DNA of 64,000 nt from an uncultured Gammaproteobacteria bacterium. Lineage in GTDB: Bacteria > Patescibacteriota > Patescibacteriia > Patescibacteriales > UBA12465. Under the pieces are notes generated by a model that was given only the letters and a program-made list of their open reading frames with translations, did not search any database and was not told the DNA's origin. The DNA lies in contig CAYYDR010000002.1 in the NCBI GenBank assembly GCA_964470695.1, positions 8,401 through 72,400 of the forward strand, read 5' to 3'. A program made the position numbers and the translations under genes. Positions 54,653 to 63,751 of the stretch are shown here, in pieces (the stretch's first letter is position 1; every line of letters begins with the position of its first letter).

Positions 54653-57600
54653 TTAAATTACTCTGAAGACTTCTTCCAGGCTAGTTTCTCCGTTAATTGC
54701 CTTGAGAATACCGTCTTGAAGCATGGTAACCATACCGTTTTTAACAGCCGCCATTTCAATATCGGTATCAGTGACATTTTCGGTTTGAATAAGCTTCTGA
54801 ATGTCAGAATTCATGGTAATAGTTTCATATAAACCCAAGCGGCCTTTATAGCCGATTTGTCCGCATTTTTCACAGCCAACACCAGTATAGAAAGTTAATT
54901 TTTCTGGTATTTTTATTTCAGGGTTGTTAATAGTCGCTAAAATATTTTTTATCTTGGTTAATTCGGTTGGGTCAACTTCCAGCGGTTTTTTGCAATGAGG
55001 ACAGAGCCGTCTTACCAAGCGTTGGCCGATAGTAAATTCAATGGCATTAGCTAAAGTCTGCCTATCTAACCCCAGGCCGACAAAACGCGAAATAGCGGCC
55101 GCGGCGCTATTAGCATGAATAGTGGAAAGGACTAGGTGGCCAGTCAGAGAAGCTTCAATAGAAATTTTAGCCGTCTCGCTATCGCGGATTTCCCCTATCA
55201 TCATGATATTAGGATTTTGGCGCAAGAGGGAGCGCATCGCCGAAGCAAAAGTATAGCCCCGGTCTTCGTCTATCTGAGTTTGCATAATGCCGGGGAGCTG
55301 GTATTCAATCGGATCTTCAACGGTGATTATTTTAACATCAGGCTTATTTAATTTATTTAAGACGCTATAGAGAGTAGTGGTTTTACCGCTGCCGGTCGGA
55401 CCGGTCGTTAAAATTATGCCCCGCGTCTTCTTCATGGCTAATTGCAAAGAGTTAAACGCGACTGAAGTTATGCCTAATTTATTCATGTCTAAATTAGCGG
55501 CTGAAGTTGATAGGAGGCGGATAACAATAGTTTCCCCGTAGCCGCCGGCAATGATTGATAAACGGCAGTTTACTTTACTGTCGGGCAGATAAACGGTAAA
55601 GCGCCCATCAAAAGTCGCCCGCTTAATGTTAGTTGGCGCGCCCGCTAAGATTTTTATTTCCGATAGTAACTGCAAATAACTGGTCTTTGGAAGATCAAGA
55701 ATATCATGCAGGACGCCGTCAATTCTAAAGCGAACTTTTACGTCTTTTTCGGTCGGTTCAATATGGATATCGCCGGCGTCATTAGAAAATCCTAGAGCCA
55801 TTACCAGATTGATCAGCTGTCCAGTGGGGATTTCTTTAACGGCTGGCGCTATTTTTGTTATGTCACGGCTGAGATCTTCGGCCTGTTTTATTTCTTCAGC
55901 ACTTATTTTAACACCGCGGCCGATAGTTTGGGAAATAACAATATCATAAAGCTCATCAACATAATCAAAATTGCCAATAACGCGATAAATTTCTTCTAAA
56001 GAAGTAACTCCATCCAAAACTTTTAGAACGCCATCTTGAAGCATGGTAATCATGCCGTCTTCAATAGCTTGCTGCAGTATTTTAAATGATGGCGCCTGGT
56101 CAATGGTTAGCTGTTTAATCCTATCGTTCATGGTAAATATTTCGTAAATACCGATACGCCCTTTGTAGCCGATAAAGTTGCATTCCGCACAACCAGGGCC
56201 CGCTTGATAAAGCGGGGGAAGATTTGAAGCAATCTCAATACCGGCCTTAGGAGAAACTACGGCCAATATTTTATCAACCCGTTCTTTCTCTTCCTCGTTT
56301 AAAGTATGTTCTAGCCGACAGTGTGGACAAAGTTTTCTGACTAAGCGCTGTCCGATGACGACGTTAATTGATGGGACTAAGAAATATGGTTTTACACCAA
56401 TATCTATTAAGCGAGGAATGGTGCCGGCTGAATCATTAGTATGCAGGGTTGATAAGACTAAGTGGCCGGTCAGCGAGGCTTGGACGGCAATTTCCGCTGT
56501 TTCTAGGTCGCGGATTTCTCCGACCATTACGACGTTGGGATCTTGGCGCAATATAGAACGTAAACCATCAGAGAAAGAATAGCCATGCTTACCATCAACC
56601 TGGCTTTGGTTGATCCCTTTAAGCTGGTATTCAATCGGGTCCTCTAGAGTAATTATTTTAGTGCCGGGTTTGTTTAGTTTATTCAAAACCGCGTATAAAG
56701 TCGTAGTTTTACCGCTACCGGTAGGACCAACGGTCAGGACTAGCCCGTTTGGTTTAGCAATTTCTCTAGATAAAATGGGCAGTATTTCCGGTCGGACGCC
56801 TAATTTCTCAAATTCTAAAGCGGCCGCGGCTGAATCAAGCAAGCGCATAACCACGCTTTCTCCGTAAGCGGTTGGCAGGAAGGAGCAGCGGACATCTATC
56901 TTTTTATCTTTAAGAAAGATAGTATAGCGGCCGTCTTGAGGCGAGTCGGTAATATTTATTTTAACGCGTGCTAAAATTTTTAAACGGGAAATTATTTTAT
57001 GCCATTTCTCCCGGCTGATAACCGCTGCTTCCTGGAGAACGCCGTCAATTCTGATTCTGATTGCCACTCCGTGTTCTTCGGCTTCAATATGGATATCGCT
57101 GCCACCGGCTTTTAGTGCGGTTGCTAGCATTAAGGTAACGATATCAGTTATATTGACTTCGTTTATTTTTTCATTGAGGCTTTTATAGTTATCAATCGCT
57201 TCCTTAAATTTTTCTAGACTCTCTTCATTTATTTCTACCCCATTATTATATTTTTTTACTTTTGGCAGGCTTTTGTAGGCCTCTATAGCCATGGATAGGC
57301 TGGTTGGCGAGATTAGATATAATTTGGCAGCCGCGTAATATTGATCCGCCAGTTGGGCCATTTCATTTTCTGCTTCTTCGGTTAATTCCAGGCAGCCTAA
57401 ACGAATATTAGTCCCATCATAATAAAAGCAGATAGTATTTATGGCTCGAGCTTGTTCCTCTGGGATTAATGATAGAGCTTCCGGACTAATTGGAAAACGA
57501 GATAAGTTAACGTATTCTAAACCTAAATCATCAGCTTTTTGTTTAGTTTCTCTCTCTATCTCTTTCAGCTTAATTTCTACTTGTTTTTTTGCAAAACGAC

Positions 57601-57670
57601 CGGCGACGCTTTCTTCGTCATCGGTCGGATTGGTTAAATTTTTAATTGAAGCAAAGTCGCTCATAATCAA
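54653..57670 (-). CDS. tandem-fused double PilB/GspE-type secretion ATPase
   Basis: 1005 aa. Module 1 (res 1-565) and module 2 (res 566-1005) each carry Walker A GPTGSGKTTTLY, an Asp box, Walker B (VMVGEIRD / MMIGEIRD), a His box (GHLVLSTLHTN / GHLVLSTIHAN) and a tetracysteine motif (CPHC..CAEC / CPHC..CEKC). The track start is TTG at 57670; an ATG at 57664 lies 9 nt after GGAGAG. Confidence 0.85.
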   Translation of the reverse strand: MIMSDFASIKNLTNPTDDEESVAGRFAKKQVEIKLKEIERETKQKADDLGLEYVNLSRFPISPEALSLIPEEQARAINTICFYYDGTNIRLGCLELTEEAENEMAQLADQYYAAAKLYLISPTSLSMAIEAYKSLPKVKKYNNGVEINEESLEKFKEAIDNYKSLNEKINEVNITDIVTLMLATALKAGGSDIHIEAEEHGVAIRIRIDGVLQEAAVISREKWHKIISRLKILARVKINITDSPQDGRYTIFLKDKKIDVRCSFLPTAYGESVVMRLLDSAAAALEFEKLGVRPEILPILSREIAKPNGLVLTVGPTGSGKTTTLYAVLNKLNKPGTKIITLEDPIEYQLKGINQSQVDGKHGYSFSDGLRSILRQDPNVVMVGEIRDLETAEIAVQASLTGHLVLSTLHTNDSAGTIPRLIDIGVKPYFLVPSINVVIGQRLVRKLCPHCRLEHTLNEEEKERVDKILAVVSPKAGIEIASNLPPLYQAGPGCAECNFIGYKGRIGIYEIFTMNDRIKQLTIDQAPSFKILQQAIEDGMITMLQDGVLKVLDGVTSLEEIYRVIGNFDYVDELYDIVISQTIGRGVKISAEEIKQAEDLSRDITKIAPAVKEIPTGQLINLVMALGFSNDAGDIHIEPTEKDVKVRFRIDGVLHDILDLPKTSYLQLLSEIKILAGAPTNIKRATFDGRFTVYLPDSKVNCRLSIIAGGYGETIVIRLLSTSAANLDMNKLGITSVAFNSLQLAMKKTRGIILTTGPTGSGKTTTLYSVLNKLNKPDVKIITVEDPIEYQLPGIMQTQIDEDRGYTFASAMRSLLRQNPNIMMIGEIRDSETAKISIEASLTGHLVLSTIHANSAAAAISRFVGLGLDRQTLANAIEFTIGQRLVRRLCPHCKKPLEVDPTELTKIKNILATINNPEIKIPEKLTFYTGVGCEKCGQIGYKGRLGLYETITMNSDIQKLIQTENVTDTDIEMAAVKNGMVTMLQDGILKAINGETSLEEVFRVI

Positions 57671-57703
57671 CAGCTCTCCGCGCCAGTGGGCGGGGTGATA
57701 AAA

Positions 57704-58684
57704 TTAATTTCCTCTTTGAAAAAGACGTTCTAATTTAGCTATTCCTCCTTTATCCTTTAGAGTTAAGAAGAGATTAGTCCAGGTAGCGGTTTGGAAGGTT
57801 GTGAGAGCGGAGCCAAAGAAAACAATAATGATAATAGCTAGTAAGATAGTTAAAATTACTAACCAGCTTAACTGGAAGATTAGGCCGAGTAGTAATAATG
57901 GCAATAAAATTAAAGCCATTATGATGAGCAATACGCCGCTGGCCAAGAAATTAATGATAAATAAGATAATGGCCGCTTCTAAACTGATTAACCAGTTTTT
58001 TCGGAATAATTTTTCAGCCGCTTCTATAGCGCTAACAAATGATTTATTATCTAAAACTTGGTAGGCGATAGCATATTTAATCATCAAAGATAGCCCCATG
58101 GCCGCTGGGATAAAGATTATAAATAAGACAACGTAGGTAGTCGCTAGAAGAGGGGTGTCGCTAAGAACCATAAATAACAGCGGGAGGCTTGCAATGAATA
58201 ATAGGAAGGAGATTAAAACCTTGGTTAATAGATTTAGACTAAAAATTTGCCAGAAGTAGCGATGGCCCGCGGTTAAACCTTCTCTAATACTTAAAGTTAG
58301 ATCTTTTTTCTTAGAGTTTGCTATTTTTTTAACGTCCCAGACTAAAGCGGCTTGGCAGGTTATAGCTAGCCAGACAAAGAAGGCTAGTAAAAATAAGCTT
58401 AGCAATAATATGGTTAGGGCATTAATGACGGTCCAAAAATCGTATTGGAGTAGACTAACTAATCCTAAGCAAAAGTTCTTGACAATTTCGCCTAAAGCTA
58501 ATATTCCGCTTAGACGAAAATAAGAACCATCCACCATGCTTTGATTTAGATTTTGCGTTATGATTTGGTATTCCCAGGACCCGCCGCCAGCGACTAAAGT
58601 CGCAAATAAGCCGAAAAACCAAAGATATTTGTGTTTCCAGGTGATTTCCCAGGCCTGGCGTAATAAAGAGCGATAAGAAAACAT
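57704..58684 (-). CDS. polytopic membrane protein, unknown function
   Basis: 326 aa with 6-7 TM helices, immediately upstream of and co-oriented with the double ATPase. No T2SS-F/PilC motif recognised. Confidence 0.5.
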   Translation of the reverse strand: MFSYRSLLRQAWEITWKHKYLWFFGLFATLVAGGGSWEYQIITQNLNQSMVDGSYFRLSGILALGEIVKNFCLGLVSLLQYDFWTVINALTILLLSLFLLAFFVWLAITCQAALVWDVKKIANSKKKDLTLSIREGLTAGHRYFWQIFSLNLLTKVLISFLLFIASLPLLFMVLSDTPLLATTYVVLFIIFIPAAMGLSLMIKYAIAYQVLDNKSFVSAIEAAEKLFRKNWLISLEAAIILFIINFLASGVLLIIMALILLPLLLLGLIFQLSWLVILTILLAIIIIVFFGSALTTFQTATWTNLFLTLKDKGGIAKLERLFQRGN

Positions 58685-58742
58685 AGGTTTAAAAAGCTAA
58701 ATTTGACCTTAGCTTATTTAATTTTTATTTATTTAAAATTAA

Positions 58743-58771
58743 TTGAAAAATAAAGAAAAGTCTGATAATAT
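58743..58771 (+). promoter_or_regulatory. candidate promoter for tyrS
   Basis: TTGAAA, 17-nt spacer, TAATAT, in an AT-rich context. Confidence 0.3.
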
Positions 58772-58816
58772 TATAACATAATTTCTAATTATCAACAAAC
58801 CATAATACCTATATAT

Positions 58817-60043
58817 ATGTCTCAGGCGGCTAACGATAAAAAATTAATTAAAGACCTGTTAACTAGAGGGGTGGAGAAGATTTATCCTAGTTACGGCGAG
58901 CTGGAAAAAAAGTTATTGAGCGGTCAGCCTATCCGCTTATATTGCGGCTATGATCCCTCGGCCCCCGCTCTTCATATCGGTAATGCCATTACTTTGAATA
59001 AATTGAGCCAGTTTCAGGCTTTAGGCCATGAGGTTATCTTTTTAATCGGCGACTTTACCTGTATGATAGGCGATCCGACCGATAAAAAGGCGGCCCGAAA
59101 GAAAATGACCAGAGAAGAGGTTTTGAATAACGCTCGGGACTATCAGAAGCAGGCATCGGCCTATTTAAGATTTGATGGCCCTAACCCCGCTAAAATTTTA
59201 TATAACAGCGATTGGAATGATAAATTGAATTTTCAAGAGTTGATTGAGCTTTCCTCGTATTTCACTGTGCAACAGATGATACAGCGCGACATGTTCCAAG
59301 AGAGGTTGAAGGAAGAAAGACCGATTTATCTTAATGAATTTCTCTATCCTCTTACCCAGGCTTATGATAGCGTTATGATGGATGTTGATTTAGAAGTCGG
59401 CGGCAATGACCAGATGTTTAACATGATGTGCGGGCGCGATTTAATGAAGGCTAAAAAAAATAAGGAAAAATTTGTTTTAACGCTTAAGCTGCTTGCCGAT
59501 GAAAATGGTAAAAAAATGGGTAAGAGCGAAGGTAACGTCGTCTTCTTAAATGAAGCGCCTAATAATATGTATGGCCAGATTATGTCTTGGCCGGATAAGG
59601 TTCTCTATTCCGCTTTTGAATTATGCACTAATATTCCAGCTTCGGAACTAGAAAAAATTGGTACCCAGTTAAAGGACGGTCAGGTTAACCCGCGCGATTT
59701 AAAGATGAGGTTGGCCTTGGAAATAACTAAGACTAACTATGGCGCCTCGGCCGCTCAAGAGGCGCAAGATAATTTTGTTAGGACTATCCAGAAAAAAGAA
59801 GCGCCGACGGAAATTACGGAATGGAAGGCTGAGCGAGCTAAATATAGCCTGGTTGATCTTTTAGTTGATACAAAACTGGCTGATAGTAAAAGCGAAGCGC
59901 GCCGCTTAATAGAACAAGGGGCGATTAAAATGGGAGTTGGTGAGGAATGGCGTTCTATTAAAGACGTCAAAGAACAAGTAGACATTAAATCAGATATAGT
60001 TTTGCAGAGAGGAAAGTTGCATTTTATCAAAGTAATCCGTTAA
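58817..60043 (+). CDS. tyrS: tyrosine--tRNA ligase
   Basis: 408 aa. HIGH-type LHIGNAI, KMSKS-type KMGKS, and a C-terminal S4 domain (SKSEARRLIEQGAIKM). Confidence 0.92.
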   Translation: MSQAANDKKLIKDLLTRGVEKIYPSYGELEKKLLSGQPIRLYCGYDPSAPALHIGNAITLNKLSQFQALGHEVIFLIGDFTCMIGDPTDKKAARKKMTREEVLNNARDYQKQASAYLRFDGPNPAKILYNSDWNDKLNFQELIELSSYFTVQQMIQRDMFQERLKEERPIYLNEFLYPLTQAYDSVMMDVDLEVGGNDQMFNMMCGRDLMKAKKNKEKFVLTLKLLADENGKKMGKSEGNVVFLNEAPNNMYGQIMSWPDKVLYSAFELCTNIPASELEKIGTQLKDGQVNPRDLKMRLALEITKTNYGASAAQEAQDNFVRTIQKKEAPTEITEWKAERAKYSLVDLLVDTKLADSKSEARRLIEQGAIKMGVGEEWRSIKDVKEQVDIKSDIVLQRGKLHFIKVIR

Positions 60044-60047
60044 AAAA

Positions 60048-61751
60048 TTGTCAGTTATGTTTTTAGAAGAGTTAAAAAGAGAAATTATTTCTTCCCTAAA
60101 TTTATCCGAAGCGGATTTTTCCTATCCGCCTAACTCGGATTTAGGCGATTTAAGCCTAGCTTGTTTTAAGCTAGCTAAAAAATCTGGGGAGTCGCCCATT
60201 ACGGTAGCAACGCGCTTGGCGAATGAGATTAAAAGCCGCCAAGACTGGGCCAATAAATTTTTAGATGTTAAGGCAACTGGGCCTTATTTGAATTTCTTTA
60301 TTAACCCTAGTTATTTAAGTCCCCAAGTTATTAGTGAAGTAGTTAAAAATAAAACCAGCTATGGTTTTAATCAGTCGGGGCAGGGTCGCAAGATAATGAT
60401 AGAATATTCTAATGGTAATACCCATAAAGAATATCATGTGGGGCATTTACGTAATATCGCTTATGGCGATGCCATTAATCGTTTGTTGTCTGCTAGCGGT
60501 TATGAGTCCATCCCAGTTTCTTATATTAATGATTTTGGCATTCATGTCGCTAAGACTATCTGGAATTGGCGCCGGACTCCAGTTTACGCGGAGCGTCCTG
60601 AGGCTAAAGGATATCTGCTCGGTAACTGCTATGCCAAAGCTAGCCAGGCCTTAGAAAATGATCCCGAAGGGAAGCTGGAAGTAGCGGCTATCATGAAAGA
60701 AATTGAAAGCCGGCAAGGAGAAAATTATAAATTTTGGCAAACCTCGCGTCAGTGGAGCATTGAATATTTTGATGCTATATACGAAGAACTTGATATTAAG
60801 TTCAAAAATATTTTTTATGAGAGCGAAGTAATTGAGGATGGTCTTAAATTAGTGGATGAGCTTACCAGTAAGAATATTCTAGTTAAAAGCGAGGGGGCAA
60901 TTATTGCGAATTTAGAAAAGTATGACCTGGGAGTTCTCCCTATTATCAGATCAGACGGCACTGCTCTTTACCCAGTCGGTGATTTGGCTCTAGCTTCGGT
61001 TAAGTTTAAGGCTTATGATTTAGATGAATCAATTTATGTTATTGATGTTCGCCAGAGCCTGTATTTTAAGCAATTATTTAAAATTTTAGAACTGACTGGC
61101 TATAAACCGGCTGTTTCCCATTTATCTTATGATTTTGTTACTTTGCCGGACGGCATGATGTCATCCCGCACGGGTAATATTATTACTTACGAAGAATTAA
61201 AAAATAAAATTTTTGATAAATTATTTAAAGAGACGGTTAAACGGCATAATGATTGGACGCCGGAGCGCTGCAAGAGAACCGCTCTTAGTTTGGCTCTCTC
61301 CACGATTAAGTTTGAGATGTTGAAAGTAGGGGCCGATAAAACAATTACTTTTAATATTGATGAAGCCTTGCGTTTTGACGGCTATACGGCTTGTTATTTA
61401 CAATATAGCTATGCCCGCCTGAAGAGTATTATCCGTAAAGAAGGGTTTAATTGGCGGATTGGGCAACCAGATTATAGTGTTTTAAAAGAAGAAATAGAAA
61501 AAAAATTACTTCTTAAGATTGCTAGATATCCGGAAGTAGTTAAAATGTCTGGCTTAGAGTATAATCCCAGCGAACTAACCAAATATCTTTTTGAACTGGC
61601 GCAGCTTAGTAATGATTATTATCACGGGGTTAATATACTAAAATCGGAAACATCGCTGCGGCGCGCGCGCCTAGCCCTGGTTAAGGCGGTCGCCCAGGTT
61701 TTGAATAACGGTGGGGCTATTTTAGGGTTCCGAGTTTTAGAAGAAATGTAA
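60048..61751 (+). CDS. argS: arginine--tRNA ligase
   Basis: 567 aa. HVGHLRN (HIGH) and a C-terminal DALR anticodon-binding region. The track start is TTG at 60048; the alternative ATG is at 60057. Confidence 0.9.
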   Translation: MSVMFLEELKREIISSLNLSEADFSYPPNSDLGDLSLACFKLAKKSGESPITVATRLANEIKSRQDWANKFLDVKATGPYLNFFINPSYLSPQVISEVVKNKTSYGFNQSGQGRKIMIEYSNGNTHKEYHVGHLRNIAYGDAINRLLSASGYESIPVSYINDFGIHVAKTIWNWRRTPVYAERPEAKGYLLGNCYAKASQALENDPEGKLEVAAIMKEIESRQGENYKFWQTSRQWSIEYFDAIYEELDIKFKNIFYESEVIEDGLKLVDELTSKNILVKSEGAIIANLEKYDLGVLPIIRSDGTALYPVGDLALASVKFKAYDLDESIYVIDVRQSLYFKQLFKILELTGYKPAVSHLSYDFVTLPDGMMSSRTGNIITYEELKNKIFDKLFKETVKRHNDWTPERCKRTALSLALSTIKFEMLKVGADKTITFNIDEALRFDGYTACYLQYSYARLKSIIRKEGFNWRIGQPDYSVLKEEIEKKLLLKIARYPEVVKMSGLEYNPSELTKYLFELAQLSNDYYHGVNILKSETSLRRARLALVKAVAQVLNNGGAILGFRVLEEM

Positions 61752-61760
61752 AATAAAAAT

Positions 61761-63149
61761 ATGACTAAAAAAGAAACTGATAAATCCATGGATAAATTGG
61801 TCGCTCTAGCTAAGAGGCGCGGCTTTGTTTTTCCTTCCTCAGAGATATATGACGGCTTTACCGCTGTTTATGACTTTGGTCCGTATGGTGTTGAGCTGGC
61901 TAATAACATTAAAAAGGAATGGTGGAAGGCTATGACGCAGTTGCGCGATGATGTGGTCGGTTTGGATTCAGCTATATTTATGAGCCCGAAAATTTGGGAG
62001 GCTTCAGGGCATGTTAAGGGTTTTTCTGATCCTTTAACAGAATGCAAAAAATGTCATGCTCGCTTAAGGCTAGACACTTTACTGGAAGAGGCGGGAATTT
62101 TTGCGGATGAAAAGATGTCTGAAGAAGAAATTAATAAAATATTTGATGAGAATAAAAGTAAAATCAAATGCCCGACTTGCGGCGCCTCGGATTTTACTCC
62201 TGGCCGTAAATTTAATTTGCTGGTCCAGTCTAATCTAGGTAATTTTACCGGCGATTGGAGCAAGGAGCCGACTTATTTGCGCGGCGAAACTTGTCAGGGT
62301 ATTTATGTAAACTTTAAAAATGTGGTTGATACGGCGCGCGTTAAAATTCCTTTCGGGATTGCTCAGATTGGCAAGGCTTTCCGCAATGAGATTACTGCCC
62401 GGCAATTTATTTTCCGGACCAGAGAGTTTGAACAGATGGAAATGCAATATTTTATTAAGCCAGGTGATGACGCTAAATATTATGAAGAATGGAAAGAGGC
62501 ACGCTGGAATTTTTATTTGAATTTAGGGATTAAGCCGGTTAATTTAAAATGGCATAAGCATGAGAATCTGGTTTTTTATGCTAAAGAAGCTTATGATATA
62601 GAATATAATTACCCTTTTGGATTTAAAGAATTAGAAGGAGTGCACGCTCGGGGCGATTATGACTTAAGTCAGCACAGTAAATATTCTGGCCAGGAGTTAA
62701 ATTATTTAGACTCAGCGACTAATCAGAAATTTATTCCTCACGTGGTTGAAACTTCTGCGGGCGTCGGCCGAACCTTCTTGGCCGTCTTATGCGAGGCCTA
62801 TCAGGAAGAAGAGTTGGAAGGGGAAGTTAGAGTGGTTTTGAAATTAGCACCGAAATTAGCGCCCATTAAGATTGCCGTTTTTCCTCTTTTGAAGAATAAA
62901 CCGGAACTGGTAAAGAAAGCCCGGGCGGTTTATGACCAATTGAAATTAAATTGGCGCTGCGAGTTTGATGATAACGGTAATATTGGTAAGCGCTACCGCC
63001 GCCAAGATGAAATTGGCACCCCCTATTGTTTGACGGTTGATTTTGATACTATGGAAAATGAGGAAGTAACGGTCCGTGATCGTGATACTATGCAACAAGA
63101 GAGAATTAAGATATCTGATTTAGAGAATTTTTTCCGCGCTAAGATTTAG
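61761..63149 (+). CDS. glyQS: glycine--tRNA ligase (dimeric class II type)
   Basis: 462 aa. N-terminal RRGFVFPSSEIYDGFTAVYDFGPYGVEL, class II motifs (FRNEITARQFIFRTREFEQME; GVGRTFLAV), and a C-terminal anticodon-binding domain. Confidence 0.92.
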   Translation: MTKKETDKSMDKLVALAKRRGFVFPSSEIYDGFTAVYDFGPYGVELANNIKKEWWKAMTQLRDDVVGLDSAIFMSPKIWEASGHVKGFSDPLTECKKCHARLRLDTLLEEAGIFADEKMSEEEINKIFDENKSKIKCPTCGASDFTPGRKFNLLVQSNLGNFTGDWSKEPTYLRGETCQGIYVNFKNVVDTARVKIPFGIAQIGKAFRNEITARQFIFRTREFEQMEMQYFIKPGDDAKYYEEWKEARWNFYLNLGIKPVNLKWHKHENLVFYAKEAYDIEYNYPFGFKELEGVHARGDYDLSQHSKYSGQELNYLDSATNQKFIPHVVETSAGVGRTFLAVLCEAYQEEELEGEVRVVLKLAPKLAPIKIAVFPLLKNKPELVKKARAVYDQLKLNWRCEFDDNGNIGKRYRRQDEIGTPYCLTVDFDTMENEEVTVRDRDTMQQERIKISDLENFFRAKI

Positions 63150-63207
63150 AAGATTATTATCGGTTAAAATTTTAGTGAGCGGATAAGCTCTTGTGAACAA
63201 AAAAATA

Positions 63208-63246
63208 AAAATCCGCCTCTCTCGGAATCGAGGGGCGGATTTTTTT
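63208..63246 (+). terminator. terminator after glyQS
   Basis: ATCCGCCTCTC-tcggaatc-GAGGGGCGGAT (11 bp including one G-U) followed by TTTTTT. Confidence 0.75.
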
Positions 63247-63266
63247 ATAAAAAACTTGAAAAACTA

Positions 63267-63295
63267 TTGCTAGTTATTTTAATTAGTTATATAAT
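63267..63295 (+). promoter_or_regulatory. candidate promoter for the Lys-rich small ORF
   Basis: TTGCTA, 17-nt spacer, TATAAT, about 80 nt upstream of the ATG at 63377. Confidence 0.4.
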
Positions 63296-63376
63296 ATAAG
63301 TAAGAGTAAATTTTTTAGAGAAAATTTATTATTTAAAAAATTAAATCAATTTATATTTAAGAAAGGGGGTGATATT

Positions 63377-63505
63377 ATGAAAAAGAAAGCAGCCAAAAAA
63401 GTGGTGAAGAAAGTCGCTAAAAAGAAAGTCGCCAAGAAGGTAGTAAAAAAGGCGGTTAAAAAGGTAGTTAAGAAAGCGAAAAAAGCCACCAAAAGAAAAA
63501 AATAA
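63377..63505 (+). CDS. 42-aa lysine/alanine/valine-rich basic protein (histone H1-tail-like)
   Basis: Not in the ORF track because it is under 60 aa. Hand translation: MKKKAAKKVVKKVAKKKVAKKVVKKAVKKVVKKAKKATKRKK*. Strong SD (AAAGGGGGTGATATT-ATG), an upstream promoter-like element and a downstream hairpin plus T-run. Confidence 0.6.
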   Translation: MKKKAAKKVVKKVAKKKVAKKVVKKAVKKVVKKAKKATKRKK

Positions 63506-63558
63506 TATTTTAAATTTATTTTTAATAAATTTTATATTATTTAAAAATTATACAAAGG

Positions 63559-63585
63559 TCGTTCTACTTCAGTGGAGCGATTTTT
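63559..63585 (+). terminator. terminator after the Lys-rich ORF
   Basis: TCGTTCTAC-ttca-GTGGAGCGA (9 bp including two G-U pairs) followed by TTTTT. Confidence 0.55.
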
Positions 63586-63630
63586 GTATTTAAAAGAGAC
63601 TGGGTGCTTATTAAAATTAATTAGACAAAG

Positions 63631-63660
63631 AAAAAAGCCGGCGCGGGAGCGACGGCTTTT
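63631..63660 (-). terminator. terminator after the partial minus-strand gene
   Basis: The minus strand reads AAAGCCG-tcgctcccgcgc-CGGCTTTTTT. Confidence 0.6.
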
Positions 63661-63751
63661 AGAGAGAAATGTTTGTACAGGGTTGTTTGGTGGGTAGAGA
63701 TTAGGTGAGGCCAATAGACTTTTTTAAAATTAATTTAAAGCTTAGTAGAAT

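Noticed and set aside
58685-58816. T-box riboswitch upstream of the tyrS-argS-glyQS cluster
   Set aside because: The leader is only 132 nt and AT-rich. No specifier-loop or T-box (AATTAGGGTGGTACCGCG-like) sequence is visible.
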